A stretch of DNA of 32,151 nt from Thermodesulfobacteriota bacterium (GTDB lineage Bacteria > Desulfobacterota > S145-22): assembly GCA_024763435.1 (NCBI GenBank), contig JANTFN010000003.1:1-32151 (forward strand). The letters run 5' to 3'. Positions 1 to 8,136 of this stretch are shown one piece after another (position 1 is the first letter of the stretch; every line of letters begins with the position of its first letter). The translations under genes were made by a program, and so were the position numbers. The notes beneath the pieces were generated by a model. The model searched no databases and was not told the DNA's origin. It saw only the letters and a list, made by a program, of their open reading frames with translations.

Positions 1-426
1 GCCGTGGGCGTCATGATCGGCATTTACGGCAACTCCCTGGAGGAGGCTTTTTACACTTCACCCCAGGTGGATACGGACGGCAACCCTCTCAATGGCAAGT
101 ACAAATATGAACTGCGCTTCGAAAAAGGACACCTGCCCCCGGTCAATCTCTTCTGGTCCATCACCATGTACAAGCTCCCCGAGCGGCTGCTGGTGGAGAA
201 TTCCATCCATCGCTACTCCATCGGAGACCGTACCAAAGGCCTCAAATATGGCAAGGACGGATCGCTGACCATCTACATTCAGCACGCACCGCCTAAAGGC
301 GACAGGAAGGCGAACTGGCTTCCCGCGCCGGATGGTCCCTTTTTCATGGTCGGCCGGTTTTATGGACCCAAGCCCGAGCTGATGGACGGCTCTTATGAGA
401 TGCCTGCCCCGCAACGGGTTAAATAG
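1..426 (+). CDS. DUF1254/DUF1214-domain protein, C-terminal part (5'-truncated by window edge)
   Basis: DUF1214-type motifs: PPV..FWSITMY, RYSIGDRT..L.YG.DGSLTIYIQ, NWLPAP.GPF....RFYGP; frame open from the window start. Confidence 0.85.
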   Translation, partial: AVGVMIGIYGNSLEEAFYTSPQVDTDGNPLNGKYKYELRFEKGHLPPVNLFWSITMYKLPERLLVENSIHRYSIGDRTKGLKYGKDGSLTIYIQHAPPKGDRKANWLPAPDGPFFMVGRFYGPKPELMDGSYEMPAPQRVK

Positions 427-452
427 ATAGTTTTTGAAAGGAGAAATATCCT

Positions 453-1949
453 ATGAAAAAATCCATTTTTAGCAACATGCTCTTTGCTGTCCTGATTGTT
501 TTCTCACCCCTCTCTTCTGTTGCAGCGACCGTTTCCCTTGATAAGGCGAAGCTCGTCGGTGACGAGACTGTGAATACCCCATACGGCACGGCGCAGATCG
601 AACATAACTTCATCAACATCGGCTCCCAGGAGCTATTTGACGCCATGGATTTCCAGCGTGCCTCCCAAGCCTATATCTGGTCCACGCCGGCCGTCTCTTT
701 CAAGCAGTGGCAGGTCGCCCAGGCCAAGACTTTCGGAGCCACAAAGCTCGGTGACTTTGTGGTCTACAAGACCCTGAAGGAAAAGCGGGGCATTGTCACC
801 GCCAACCTGACCACACCCTATGTCATCAACTTCCTTTCCCTCGCCGACGGGTCCATCAAGGTCAAGGTGCCTGCCGGGCCCATTGCCGGGATGTTCCTCG
901 ACCTCTGGCAGCGCCCGATCTGCGATATCGGCCAGACCGGACCGGACCAGGGCAAGGGCGGTACATACATCATTGTCGGCCCTGAGGACGACAAAACGAA
1001 ATATGAGGGAAAGGCCGGTTTCGTCTATCAGTCGGAAACCAACAATATCTTCATCGGCCTGCGTCTGCTTGACTCCTCTCCTGAGTTCGAGAAAAAGATC
1101 CAGAAAGAACTAAACGTGGCCCGGGTCGGCGAGAGCTTCAAGCCCATTCGTTTTATCAAGGGGGTGGACAAAGAGTGGTCCGCCACCGCCCCGCGGGGCA
1201 TGGACTATTGGAAACTGCTTAGCCAGATTTATCAGGAAGAGCCAACCCGGGAGCAGGACAAGCTCTTTGCCGCCATGCTCGAGCCTCTGGGTATCCAAAA
1301 AGGGAAGAATTTCGCGCCCGACGAGCGACAGCGGAAAATTCTGCTCAAAGGAGCGGCTATGGGTGAATTGATGCTGAGGAACATGCAGACCAACCCGCGT
1401 TTCGCGAAACCTTACTGGCCGGGCACCCATTGGTACAAGAGCTTTGATTTCACCGTGCCCCAGATCACCAAAGAGAAGGTAGAGCTGGACGAGCGCGCCG
1501 TCTGGTTCTACGAGGCGGTAACCTCCTCAGAAGGTATGGTGAATCCCACACCGGGCAAGGGCCAGGTCTACATGACCACTAAGTACGACTCAAAGGGCAA
1601 GCTCCTGCGGGCGGACAAGACCTACCGCCTGCATGTACCGAAGGATGTGCCAGTCGCCCAGTTTTGGTCGGTTACGCTTTACAGCGAGGATACCCGGAGA
1701 CCATACGACAATGGGGGCAAAGACATAGCCAGCATCAGCCTTGACTCCAAAATGAAGCAGCTTCAGTACAACAAAGACGGCTCAGTTGACCTCTATATAG
1801 GGGCTAAAGCTCCTAAGGGAATGGAATCCAACTTTATGAAAACCGTTGGTAAGGACGGTTGGTTTGTCTATTTCAGGCTGTATGCTCCAACTGAACCGTT
1901 CTTTGACAAGTCGTTTTCCTTGCCCGATTTCGAGGAAATCACTTTTTGA
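453..1949 (+). CDS. Secreted DUF1254/DUF1214-domain protein
   Basis: Signal peptide; TANLTTPY, D.WQRPI.D.G..GPD.GKGG.Y, FWSVTLY, DGSVDLY.G, WF.YFRLYAP motifs; AAGGAG SD upstream. Confidence 0.9.
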   Translation: MKKSIFSNMLFAVLIVFSPLSSVAATVSLDKAKLVGDETVNTPYGTAQIEHNFINIGSQELFDAMDFQRASQAYIWSTPAVSFKQWQVAQAKTFGATKLGDFVVYKTLKEKRGIVTANLTTPYVINFLSLADGSIKVKVPAGPIAGMFLDLWQRPICDIGQTGPDQGKGGTYIIVGPEDDKTKYEGKAGFVYQSETNNIFIGLRLLDSSPEFEKKIQKELNVARVGESFKPIRFIKGVDKEWSATAPRGMDYWKLLSQIYQEEPTREQDKLFAAMLEPLGIQKGKNFAPDERQRKILLKGAAMGELMLRNMQTNPRFAKPYWPGTHWYKSFDFTVPQITKEKVELDERAVWFYEAVTSSEGMVNPTPGKGQVYMTTKYDSKGKLLRADKTYRLHVPKDVPVAQFWSVTLYSEDTRRPYDNGGKDIASISLDSKMKQLQYNKDGSVDLYIGAKAPKGMESNFMKTVGKDGWFVYFRLYAPTEPFFDKSFSLPDFEEITF

Positions 1950-1956
1950 TTGAATC

Positions 1957-1983
1957 AGCTAACGACTTCACCGGACGTTGGGC
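1957..1983 (+). mobile_element. Internally deleted attC-like remnant
   Basis: AGCTAAC (1957-1963) ... GTTGGGC (1977-1983, fits GTTRRRY) just before the first small ORF; only 27 bp, central stem missing. Confidence 0.4.
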
Positions 1984-1992
1984 GAAGAGGTA

Positions 1993-2451
1993 ATGAAAAT
2001 GGAAGTCAGGCCATTCGATCCAAGAGATGAAGCTGCTGTCGTCCAGTTGTGGAAGGACTGCGGTTTGGTTGTTTCTTGGAATGATCCCCATAAGGACATC
2101 CAGCGCAAGCTTAAAATGCAACCTCAAATGTTCCTCGTTGGATGTTCAGATGAATAGATTATTTCCACTGTCATGGTTGGTTACGACGGCCATCGTGGTT
2201 GGATCAACTATCTTGCCGTACATCCCGGCTACCAGCGTACCGGAATCGGGAGGCACATGATGGAAGAAGCTGAAAACCGTCTTCGAAAAACTGGATGCCC
2301 GAAGATCAATTTACAGGTCCGCAGTAGCAACACTGCGGTGATTGAATTTTATAAGGCAATCGGGTTCATGCCTGATGATGTTGTCAGTTTCGGCAAGCGT
2401 CTTAACCCGGATGATGGAGTAGAACAAATTGCTGGAGAGGGATGTTCGTAA
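1993..2451 (+). pseudogene. GNAT acetyltransferase (YpeA-like) interrupted by in-frame TAG at 2155-2157
   Basis: Translation from ATG 1993 gives MKMEVRPF...LWKDCGL..SWNDPHKDIQRKL...FLVG..DE*IISTVMVGYDGHRGWINYLAVHP..QR.GIG; both halves are in one frame and together form a full YpeA-type GNAT. Confidence 0.85.
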
Positions 2452-2485
2452 ACTCGTGCTTCCCAGCTCAACTCGGGGATTGGCC
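2419..2485 (+). mobile_element. Degenerate attC-like site
   Basis: GTAGAAC ... ATTGGCC; weak stem. TTGGCC is complementary to GGCCAA of the next site (2780-2785), as expected for a cassette boundary. Confidence 0.5.
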
Positions 2486-2491
2486 ACAGAA

Positions 2492-2824
2492 ATGAAACTA
2501 ACTGAACGAGCCAGATCGATCATCAAATGGTCCTCGCAAGAGATCGCCTTCTATCGCGTTGTGCTGAAGCATCCTCGGACTCCTCATACATCACGGTTCT
2601 TGCTGGGCGCGGCAATAACCTATGCGGTCTCGCCTATTGACCTGATTCCGGATTTCATCCCGGTGATTGGGCATCTCGACGACGTGATTGTCTTGCCCGT
2701 TCTGATCTGGCTTGCACTTCGGCTGATTCCAAAGGATGTGATTGCAGAGTGTAGGAATCGACAGAAAGAGAATGCGAGCGGCCAACAATGTGTTCAAGCT
2801 AACGCTGAGGACGGCGCGTTTTAG
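2492..2824 (+). CDS. DUF1232 (YkvA-family) membrane protein, gene cassette
   Basis: HPRTP, YAVSPIDLIPDFIPVIG.LDD signature; ATG 2492 lies just after the attC-like site. Confidence 0.9.
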   Translation: MKLTERARSIIKWSSQEIAFYRVVLKHPRTPHTSRFLLGAAITYAVSPIDLIPDFIPVIGHLDDVIVLPVLIWLALRLIPKDVIAECRNRQKENASGQQCVQANAEDGAF

Positions 2825-2837
2825 CACCACGGTGTGC
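2780..2837 (+). mobile_element. Degenerate attC site (58 bp)
   Basis: GGCCAAC ... GCTAACGC-TGAGGACG-GCGCGTTTTAGC imperfect inverted repeat ... GGTGTGC at the GTTRRRY position. Confidence 0.6.
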
Positions 2838-2852
2838 GAAAGATGACAAAAA

Positions 2853-3107
2853 ATGAATAAGAGAAAGATTCTTCAAAAAATACTTTCAGGTTCAAAAAAC
2901 ATAAGGTTCTCTGATATGGTAAATCTTATTCAAGGTTTTGGCTTCACTTTATCAAGAACAGATGTGAGTCATCATATTTTCACTCGGCCAGACATTCTGA
3001 AACTTGTCAACCTGCAAAATGTGAAAGGTCAGGTGAAGCCATATCAGATTCGTCAATTTCTGAAGCTTGTCGAGAGATATAATCTGAAATTGGAGGAGAA
3101 CGAATAA
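2853..3107 (+). CDS. hicA: HicA-family toxin (type II TA); GSH motif reads VSH
   Basis: NIRFSD...L..GFGF...R..xSHHIF, NLQ...G..KPYQIRQFL; stop overlaps the hicB start (TAATG). Confidence 0.85.
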   Translation: MNKRKILQKILSGSKNIRFSDMVNLIQGFGFTLSRTDVSHHIFTRPDILKLVNLQNVKGQVKPYQIRQFLKLVERYNLKLEENE

Positions 3108-3358
3108 TGCGCGACTACCATATGAATATTTTTTATTCCCAAGGTGAAGGTGGGTAGATTGCTGACATCCCTGATCTTGAAGCATGTTCAGCATTTTGTG
3201 ATACCCCTGATGAGGCGTTTCATGAAGTTCAAAAGGCCAAATCTCTTTGGATTGAGGCCGCCAAATCGGAAGGTAAGCCAATCCCGCTGCCTAAGTATCG
3301 GCCGGTTATTTATCAAGCACAATTTGCTTGGCAGGAAAAAACCGAACAAAGAAATTGA
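3107..3358 (+). pseudogene. hicB: HicB-family antitoxin with in-frame TAG at codon 17 (3155-3157)
   Basis: Not in the ORF track; manual translation MRDYHMNIFYSQGEGG*IADIPDLEACSAFCDTPDEAFHEVQKAKSLWIEAAKSEGKPIPLPKYRPVIYQA...; TAG sits where Tyr of GGYIADIPDL is expected; GGAGG SD upstream. Confidence 0.85.
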
Positions 3359-3412
3359 GATGGATTTTGAAAAGCTAATGCTTTTCAAAACCACTCATAC
3401 CCGACATTCGGC
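3341..3412 (+). mobile_element. attC site with intact stem and ATT in place of GTT
   Basis: ACCGAAC ... TGAG(A)TGG(A)TTTTGAAAAGC-TAAT-GCTTTTCAAAACCACTCA ... ATTCGGC: long inverted repeat with two extrahelical bases, the attC hallmark. Confidence 0.85.
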
Positions 3413-3438
3413 ATATCAATAAAAGGAGGAAGTTATTT

Positions 3439-3852
3439 ATGAAGTACTTCAAAAAGCTGTCATTGGTATTTTCAGCTGGTTGTTTGGGCGCGTTCGTAAA
3501 TAGTCTTGTGGTGTGGTTATTTGGCTTGCTCGGCATCACGGCTGCCTTCGGAGTTCATATTGCTCCAGCCTTAACAAAAGGTTGGTTATACCCTCGGATT
3601 ATTTGGGGTGGTATATGGGGCATTATTTTACTTGTGCCGCTGATCAAGAAGTCAAATATTTTAAATGGGATTGTACTGAGCATTGCGCCCACCTTGGTTA
3701 CTCTGCTTGTTGTCTTTCCTTCAAAGGGAAAGGGAATGATGGGGTTAGAGCTTGGCGCTCTTACTCCTATATTTCCGCTGATATTCAATTCGATATGGGG
3801 TGCCGTAGCTGGGGCATGGTTTAGTATTGTGAACGAGAATAGACATATCTGA
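3439..3852 (+). CDS. Hypothetical multi-pass membrane protein, gene cassette
   Basis: About 4 hydrophobic segments, LYPRIIWGGIWG motif, AAGGAGG SD, flanked by attC sites. Confidence 0.8.
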   Translation: MKYFKKLSLVFSAGCLGAFVNSLVVWLFGLLGITAAFGVHIAPALTKGWLYPRIIWGGIWGIILLVPLIKKSNILNGIVLSIAPTLVTLLVVFPSKGKGMMGLELGALTPIFPLIFNSIWGAVAGAWFSIVNENRHI

Positions 3853-3871
3853 TAACAGAGTAATGCAGAAA

Positions 3872-3944
3872 GCCGAACGAATCACGCCACCTGACCGTTG
3901 CTCCGCAGGTGCTCTATGGCAGCAGGTGAGTTTTCACATTGTAT
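3872..3944 (+). mobile_element. attC site with ATT in place of GTT
   Basis: GCCGAAC ... CACCTG ... CAGGTG(AG) inverted repeat ... ATTGTAT; GCCGAA is complementary to TTCGGC at 3407-3412. Confidence 0.8.
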
Positions 3945-3972
3945 GTAAAAAAATATATTACGAGGTTTTAAA

Positions 3973-4326
3973 ATGCAACCAGCTCCAATAAAAGACGTTA
4001 TCTCTTTCGAAGATTTTGAAAAAATAGATATCAGAGTGGGTACTATTATTTCTGTCAGTGAGGTTGAAAAATCAAATAAACTGATGAAGTTAACCGTGGA
4101 TTTTGGTGATCACACGAGATCAATCCTCGCAGGCATAAAACAAGAACGTGATAACCCAAAAGAAATAGAAAATAAACAAGCTCTTTTTGTTCTCAATTTG
4201 CCTGAAAAAAAGATGGCCGGTGAAGTATCACAAGGAATGCTCTTTGATATTGGTTATGCAGATAAGGTTACCCCATGCCTCGCCATTCCAGAAGTACCGG
4301 TTCCAAATGGCTCAAGGGCAGGATAA
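3973..4326 (+). CDS. tRNA-binding OB-fold protein (CsaA/Trbp111 family), gene cassette
   Basis: ISFEDFEKIDIRVGTI, KL.VDFG, NLP.KKMAG..SQGML. Confidence 0.88.
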   Translation: MQPAPIKDVISFEDFEKIDIRVGTIISVSEVEKSNKLMKLTVDFGDHTRSILAGIKQERDNPKEIENKQALFVLNLPEKKMAGEVSQGMLFDIGYADKVTPCLAIPEVPVPNGSRAG

Positions 4327-4331
4327 ATGGC

Positions 4332-4376
4332 ATACAACCAGTCGTTCCACCGGACTCGCTAACTTCAACGTTAAAT
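4332..4376 (+). mobile_element. attC site with right arm of stem deleted
   Basis: ATACAAC-CAGTCGTTCCACCGGACTCGCTAAC-TTCAAC-GTTAAAT; both core boxes present, partner of TTCCACCGG missing; ATACAA is complementary to TTGTAT at 3939-3944. Confidence 0.75.
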
Positions 4377-4397
4377 GGCACAATCTGGAGCCGCCCA

Positions 4398-4502
4398 ATG
4401 AGAAAATTCACAAAGAAGATCATGCATACCAGTGTATTCCAAAACGGTCTAAACGGCGGAAATCCTTGTCCCGTTGTCCTTGATGGAGATGACTTAACTT
4501 GA
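4398..4502 (+). pseudogene. N-terminal stub of PhzF-family isomerase
   Basis: MRKFTKKIMHTSVFQNGLNGGNPCPVVLDGDDLT* carries the PhzF-like F....GGNPxxVV motif; GGAG SD; ends after 34 aa. Confidence 0.65.
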
Positions 4503-4990
4503 TAGGTGAAGAAACCGTAAAAATGGCCAATGACAACGGTTGCTACATTAGCCCGCAGACAGGTGTATATTTGTCGCCTGCCCCGGATAGTTTCACGCCT
4601 GAGCAAAAAGAACGACAAAAACAGGCTGCCGACGGATTGGAGAGCCTGATGACACTGTGCATAAAACACAATGCAAAAATCGGTTTTGGCAGCGACCTGA
4701 TTATGGACCAAAAAGAAGCCCTTAATCAGGAATTTACAAATCGTACAAAGTGGTTTTCAAATGCAGAAATTTTGAGACAGGCAACTGCTATTAATGGTGA
4801 AATTTTAGCGCTGTCCGGCCCACGCAATCCTTATCCCGGTAAACTTGGGGTTATTGAAGAAGGGGCTTTGGTCGACATCCTCTTGATTGACGGAAACCCG
4901 CTGGAGGATATCTCCATCTTGTTGGAACCTGAAGAGAATCTTGCCCTGGTCATGAAAGACGGCAAGATTTATAAGAATACAATTGGTTGA
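4499..4990 (+). pseudogene. C-terminal fragment of metal-dependent amidohydrolase
   Basis: GFGSDL, AEILRQAT..NG, GKLGVIEEGAL.DILLIDGNPLED, LVMKDGKIYKN; N-terminal HxH metal-binding half absent. Confidence 0.8.
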
Positions 4991-5043
4991 TTGTTGAGGA
5001 AAAATCTTACCTTCTATCTAGTTGATGGCCGCATGGGGTTGGT

Positions 5044-5553
5044 ATGCTCGACATTCTTGAATTCATCGCCGTGGTCGCCGCCGGAATCTACGGCATTCTC
5101 CACGCCCGGGCAAAACGCATGGATCTTATCGGCGTTTTCACCGTCGCCTTTTTAACCGCCCTTGGAGGGGGAACGCTTCGGGACCTGATCCTGGATCGCG
5201 ACCCCATTTTCTGGATCCGGCATCAGGAATATGCCATCGCTGTTTTTGTGATGGTCCTTCTGGCAAGTTTTTTTAAACAGTTTCCTCCGAAATTGGAGCG
5301 CGCCCTGTACATTCCCGATGCCGTTGGCCTGGCGCTTTTCACGATCCTGGGCGCCGATTACGCCCTGCAGGCGGATGTGCCGCTTTTTGCGGCGGCCATT
5401 ATCGGCGTGGTAAACGGTGCCTTCGGCGGGGTCATCGCCGACATCATGTGCGACAAGATACCGAGCCTCTTTGTCGGCGGGCCATTATACGCAACCTGCG
5501 CCTTTCTCGGTGCCTGGATCTTTTTCGGTTTACTGCACCTGCTGCCCGGGTGA
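5044..5553 (+). CDS. UPF0126/TRIC-family membrane protein, probably C-terminally truncated
   Basis: D..GV...AF.TALGGGTLRD and DAVGLA.F...G ... G.FGGV..D duplicated motifs; 169 aa, last helix apparently missing. Confidence 0.8.
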   Translation: MLDILEFIAVVAAGIYGILHARAKRMDLIGVFTVAFLTALGGGTLRDLILDRDPIFWIRHQEYAIAVFVMVLLASFFKQFPPKLERALYIPDAVGLALFTILGADYALQADVPLFAAAIIGVVNGAFGGVIADIMCDKIPSLFVGGPLYATCAFLGAWIFFGLLHLLPG

Positions 5554-5670
5554 TTTGGCCGTGAATAATAACTCTGGCAGTGTCGCGGCGTTGCGTGAGA
5601 TTTGATTTTTTTGTGAGATGTCGTCATTTTTTAACGGGCTGATTTGTGCTAAATATTGTCTATGGAGATC

Positions 5671-7218
5671 ATGACCGCGTGGAAAAACCGCCTGCCTGCC
5701 TGGTTTTTGCTTGTCCTTTCAGGAATCCTGCTGACGGTTTCGTTTCCGCCTTTTAACCTTTACGGTTTTGTCTGGATTGCCCTTGTCCCTTTTTTTGTCG
5801 CGATGGCGGGTGAGCGCAGCCCGCGCAAAGGATTCCTGTACGGATTTTTTTTAGGGTTTATCCATGTGTCAACGACCATGTACTGGGTCAGTGTTTCGAT
5901 CTATACCTATGGCAGTATTCCGGCCTTCGGCACGGCTGTGCTTACCTTGGGGTTGATTCTTATTCTCTCTCTTTACTGGGGATTGTTTGGCCTGATTCTG
6001 GCGATACTGAACGGGTATGAAACGGTCTGGCTGATACCTTTTTTTACCGTATTTATTGAATTTCTTAAGGGAGTTCTTTTTACAGGTTTTCCCTGGAATT
6101 TGTTGGGAACGGCCTTGCCGCCGTATCTTGCCATTTCTCAGATTGCGGATATAACAGGGGTCTACGGCCTGAGCTTTCTGATATGTTTTGTAAATTTTTT
6201 TGTTTTTCGCTTTCTTGTCAGATATTTTAAGGGAGAGATTGCACTGATTCTCAGGGAAGGTGTTATCGTTTTTCTGGTGCTTGCGTTGGTCTATGGCTAT
6301 GGCCTGATCCGGGTGGCCGGGATCCAGCAGCGCATAAAGAGATGGAAAAAACTTCGGGTCTGTGTTGTTCAGCCAGATATAAATCAGGCCCTTAAATGGA
6401 CACAACCCTGGGTTAAAAAAGGTCTTGATAAATATCTCCGGATGTCTGAAACGGCTTTAAAGGGGTTTCAGCCTGATTTGATTGTCTGGCCGGAATCTTC
6501 CGTAACTTTCTATTTTAACGAAGAGCCCGGCCTGACGGAGAAAATTCAGGCGTTAACCCGGCAAAACCATTTTGATCTTGTCCTGGGCGCGACGGCCTAC
6601 AAAAAAGGAGAGGAAAAAACAATTTATCACAACTGCGCGTTTGTTATTTCAAAGGCCGGAAAGTTGCTTGATGAATATGACAAGGTGCACCTGGTCCCCT
6701 TTGGTGAGTATATTCCCTTGAGGGGATGGCTGCCCTTTGCGAAGAACATCGTGGGGACAGAAGAAGATTTTACCCCCGGAAGGCAGCTTAACCCGTTAAA
6801 AACTTCCTGCGGACTGGTGGGGGCAACTATTTGCTTTGAAGGAATATTTCCAGCTCTTTCCAGGGAGCTGGTGCGGCGCGGAGCGATACTCCTCGTTAAC
6901 CTGACCAATGATGCCTGGTTTGGGAAAAGCTCGGGGCCTTATCAGCATCTGCGCATGAGTACCTACCGGGCCGTGGAAAACAGGGTTTATTTCGTCCGTG
7001 CCACGGGGACAGGGGTCTCTGCTGTTATTAATCCCCTGGGCCATATTGTGGCAACAATTCCCCTTCAGACCGCGGGGACCATCAGGGGCGTCGTTCGAAA
7101 ACGGGAGGGGCCCGAGACATTTTATACACGGCATGGAGATGTCTTTCTGTTTTTTTGCGTTATTTTTAGCGTATTTATCCTGATTGGGATGGGAATAAAG
7201 AAATTATTTGGTAAATAG
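5671..7218 (+). CDS. lnt: Apolipoprotein N-acyltransferase
   Basis: TGFPW, VQP.I.Q..KW, VWPES, YDK.HLVPFGEY, ICFE, TNDAWFG, RAVEN; start chosen at ATG 5671 after GGAG (5656 and 5662 are alternatives). Confidence 0.97.
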   Translation: MTAWKNRLPAWFLLVLSGILLTVSFPPFNLYGFVWIALVPFFVAMAGERSPRKGFLYGFFLGFIHVSTTMYWVSVSIYTYGSIPAFGTAVLTLGLILILSLYWGLFGLILAILNGYETVWLIPFFTVFIEFLKGVLFTGFPWNLLGTALPPYLAISQIADITGVYGLSFLICFVNFFVFRFLVRYFKGEIALILREGVIVFLVLALVYGYGLIRVAGIQQRIKRWKKLRVCVVQPDINQALKWTQPWVKKGLDKYLRMSETALKGFQPDLIVWPESSVTFYFNEEPGLTEKIQALTRQNHFDLVLGATAYKKGEEKTIYHNCAFVISKAGKLLDEYDKVHLVPFGEYIPLRGWLPFAKNIVGTEEDFTPGRQLNPLKTSCGLVGATICFEGIFPALSRELVRRGAILLVNLTNDAWFGKSSGPYQHLRMSTYRAVENRVYFVRATGTGVSAVINPLGHIVATIPLQTAGTIRGVVRKREGPETFYTRHGDVFLFFCVIFSVFILIGMGIKKLFGK

Positions 7219-7230
7219 GGAGGGTGAGAA

Positions 7231-7692
7231 ATGGAAGGGAAAAAGGTCAGCGATTCAAAAGTTGAAATGGCCCAGATGATGCTGCCGGAGGATGCCAATG
7301 TCGCGGGAAATGTTCATGGCGGGACCATTATGAAGCTCATTGATAATGCGGGTGGGGTGGTCGCGCACCGCCATTCGCGGAGCAATGTTGTGACCGTCTC
7401 CATCTCGCAGATGTCGTTTCACGCCCCTGTTTATATTGGAAATGTTGTGTTTCTTAAGGCGAGCGTGAATTATGTTGGCAGGACTTCCATGGAGGTAGGG
7501 ATTCGCGTGGAGGCTGAGGACCTCAATACCGGCAACCGGGTCCACACGGGTTCCGCCTATCTTTCTTATGTCGCTTTGGATAAAAGCGGAAAGCCCGCTG
7601 CTATCCCCCCGCTTATTGTTGAAACGAAAACGGAAAAAAGACGGTACGAAGAGGGCAGAAAACGCCACCTTTTCCGCGCCTCCAAGCGCTGA
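7231..7692 (+). CDS. Acyl-CoA thioesterase (hotdog fold, YciA family)
   Basis: P.DAN..GNVHGG..MKLID, VVTVS, GRTSMEVG, YVALD..GKP. Confidence 0.93.
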   Translation: MEGKKVSDSKVEMAQMMLPEDANVAGNVHGGTIMKLIDNAGGVVAHRHSRSNVVTVSISQMSFHAPVYIGNVVFLKASVNYVGRTSMEVGIRVEAEDLNTGNRVHTGSAYLSYVALDKSGKPAAIPPLIVETKTEKRRYEEGRKRHLFRASKR

Positions 7693-7739
7693 AAAAGCAG
7701 GTTTTCTCTCTTTTTTTCTGTTTTAAAAACCGGGGTGTG

Positions 7740-8027
7740 TTAAGCGGCTGCTTTGGTTTCGGTCGTTTTTTTCTCTTTTGCCGGGGATGCTGATGTTTTT
7801 TCCTCGGGCTTTGTCTCGTGATGCTTCCTGGCAGGGGAGGCGCTGGATTTGCTGGCATAGTCTGTCGCGTACCATCCGGATCCCTTTAAGTGGAACGTGC
7901 AGTTTGAAATAAGTTTGGTAAGCTCCCCGCCGCATTCGGGACAGTTTGACTTGGGCGCGTCTGAAAATTTCTGCATAAATTCAAAGTCTTTTCCGCAATT
8001 TACACAATGATATTCGTAGATAGGCAT
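7740..8027 (-). CDS. FmdB-family zinc-ribbon protein
   Basis: MPIYEY.C..CG..FE, CPECGG, F.LKGSGWYATDY; AAGGAGG SD. Confidence 0.93.
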   Translation of the reverse strand: MPIYEYHCVNCGKDFEFMQKFSDAPKSNCPECGGELTKLISNCTFHLKGSGWYATDYASKSSASPARKHHETKPEEKTSASPAKEKKTTETKAAA

Positions 8028-8064
8028 GGCTTTTCCTTTACCCCTCCTTTTTGCTCTCTGAGCA

Positions 8065-8092
8065 AATATAGCGATATTTTTTTAAAAGTCAA
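8065..8092 (-). promoter_or_regulatory. Putative sigma70 promoter for the FmdB gene
   Basis: Minus strand TTGACT-N16-TATATT. Confidence 0.55.
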
Positions 8093-8100
8093 GAGGGGGT

Positions 8101-8129
8101 TTGACCCGAGCCGGTGGCTCTGATACGTT
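8101..8129 (+). promoter_or_regulatory. Putative sigma70 promoter (extended -10) for the kinase gene
   Basis: TTGACC-N17-TACGTT preceded by TGn; ends 7 nt before ATG 8137. Confidence 0.45.
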
Positions 8130-8136
8130 ACCATTC

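Noticed and set aside
2429-2491. Upstream TTG start for DUF1232
   Set aside because: Lies within the attC-like site; ATG 2492 fits the cassette boundary
2155-3160. The two TAGATT amber sites are exactly 1000 bp apart
   Set aside because: No shared flanking sequence or mechanism; treated as coincidence
3144-3422. 92-aa ORF from the track after hicA
   Set aside because: Wrong frame; the real gene is hicB from 3107 and the ORF runs through an attC
5551-5553. TGA as selenocysteine in the TRIC gene
   Set aside because: TAA follows five codons later, no Cys-equivalent position and no evident SECIS
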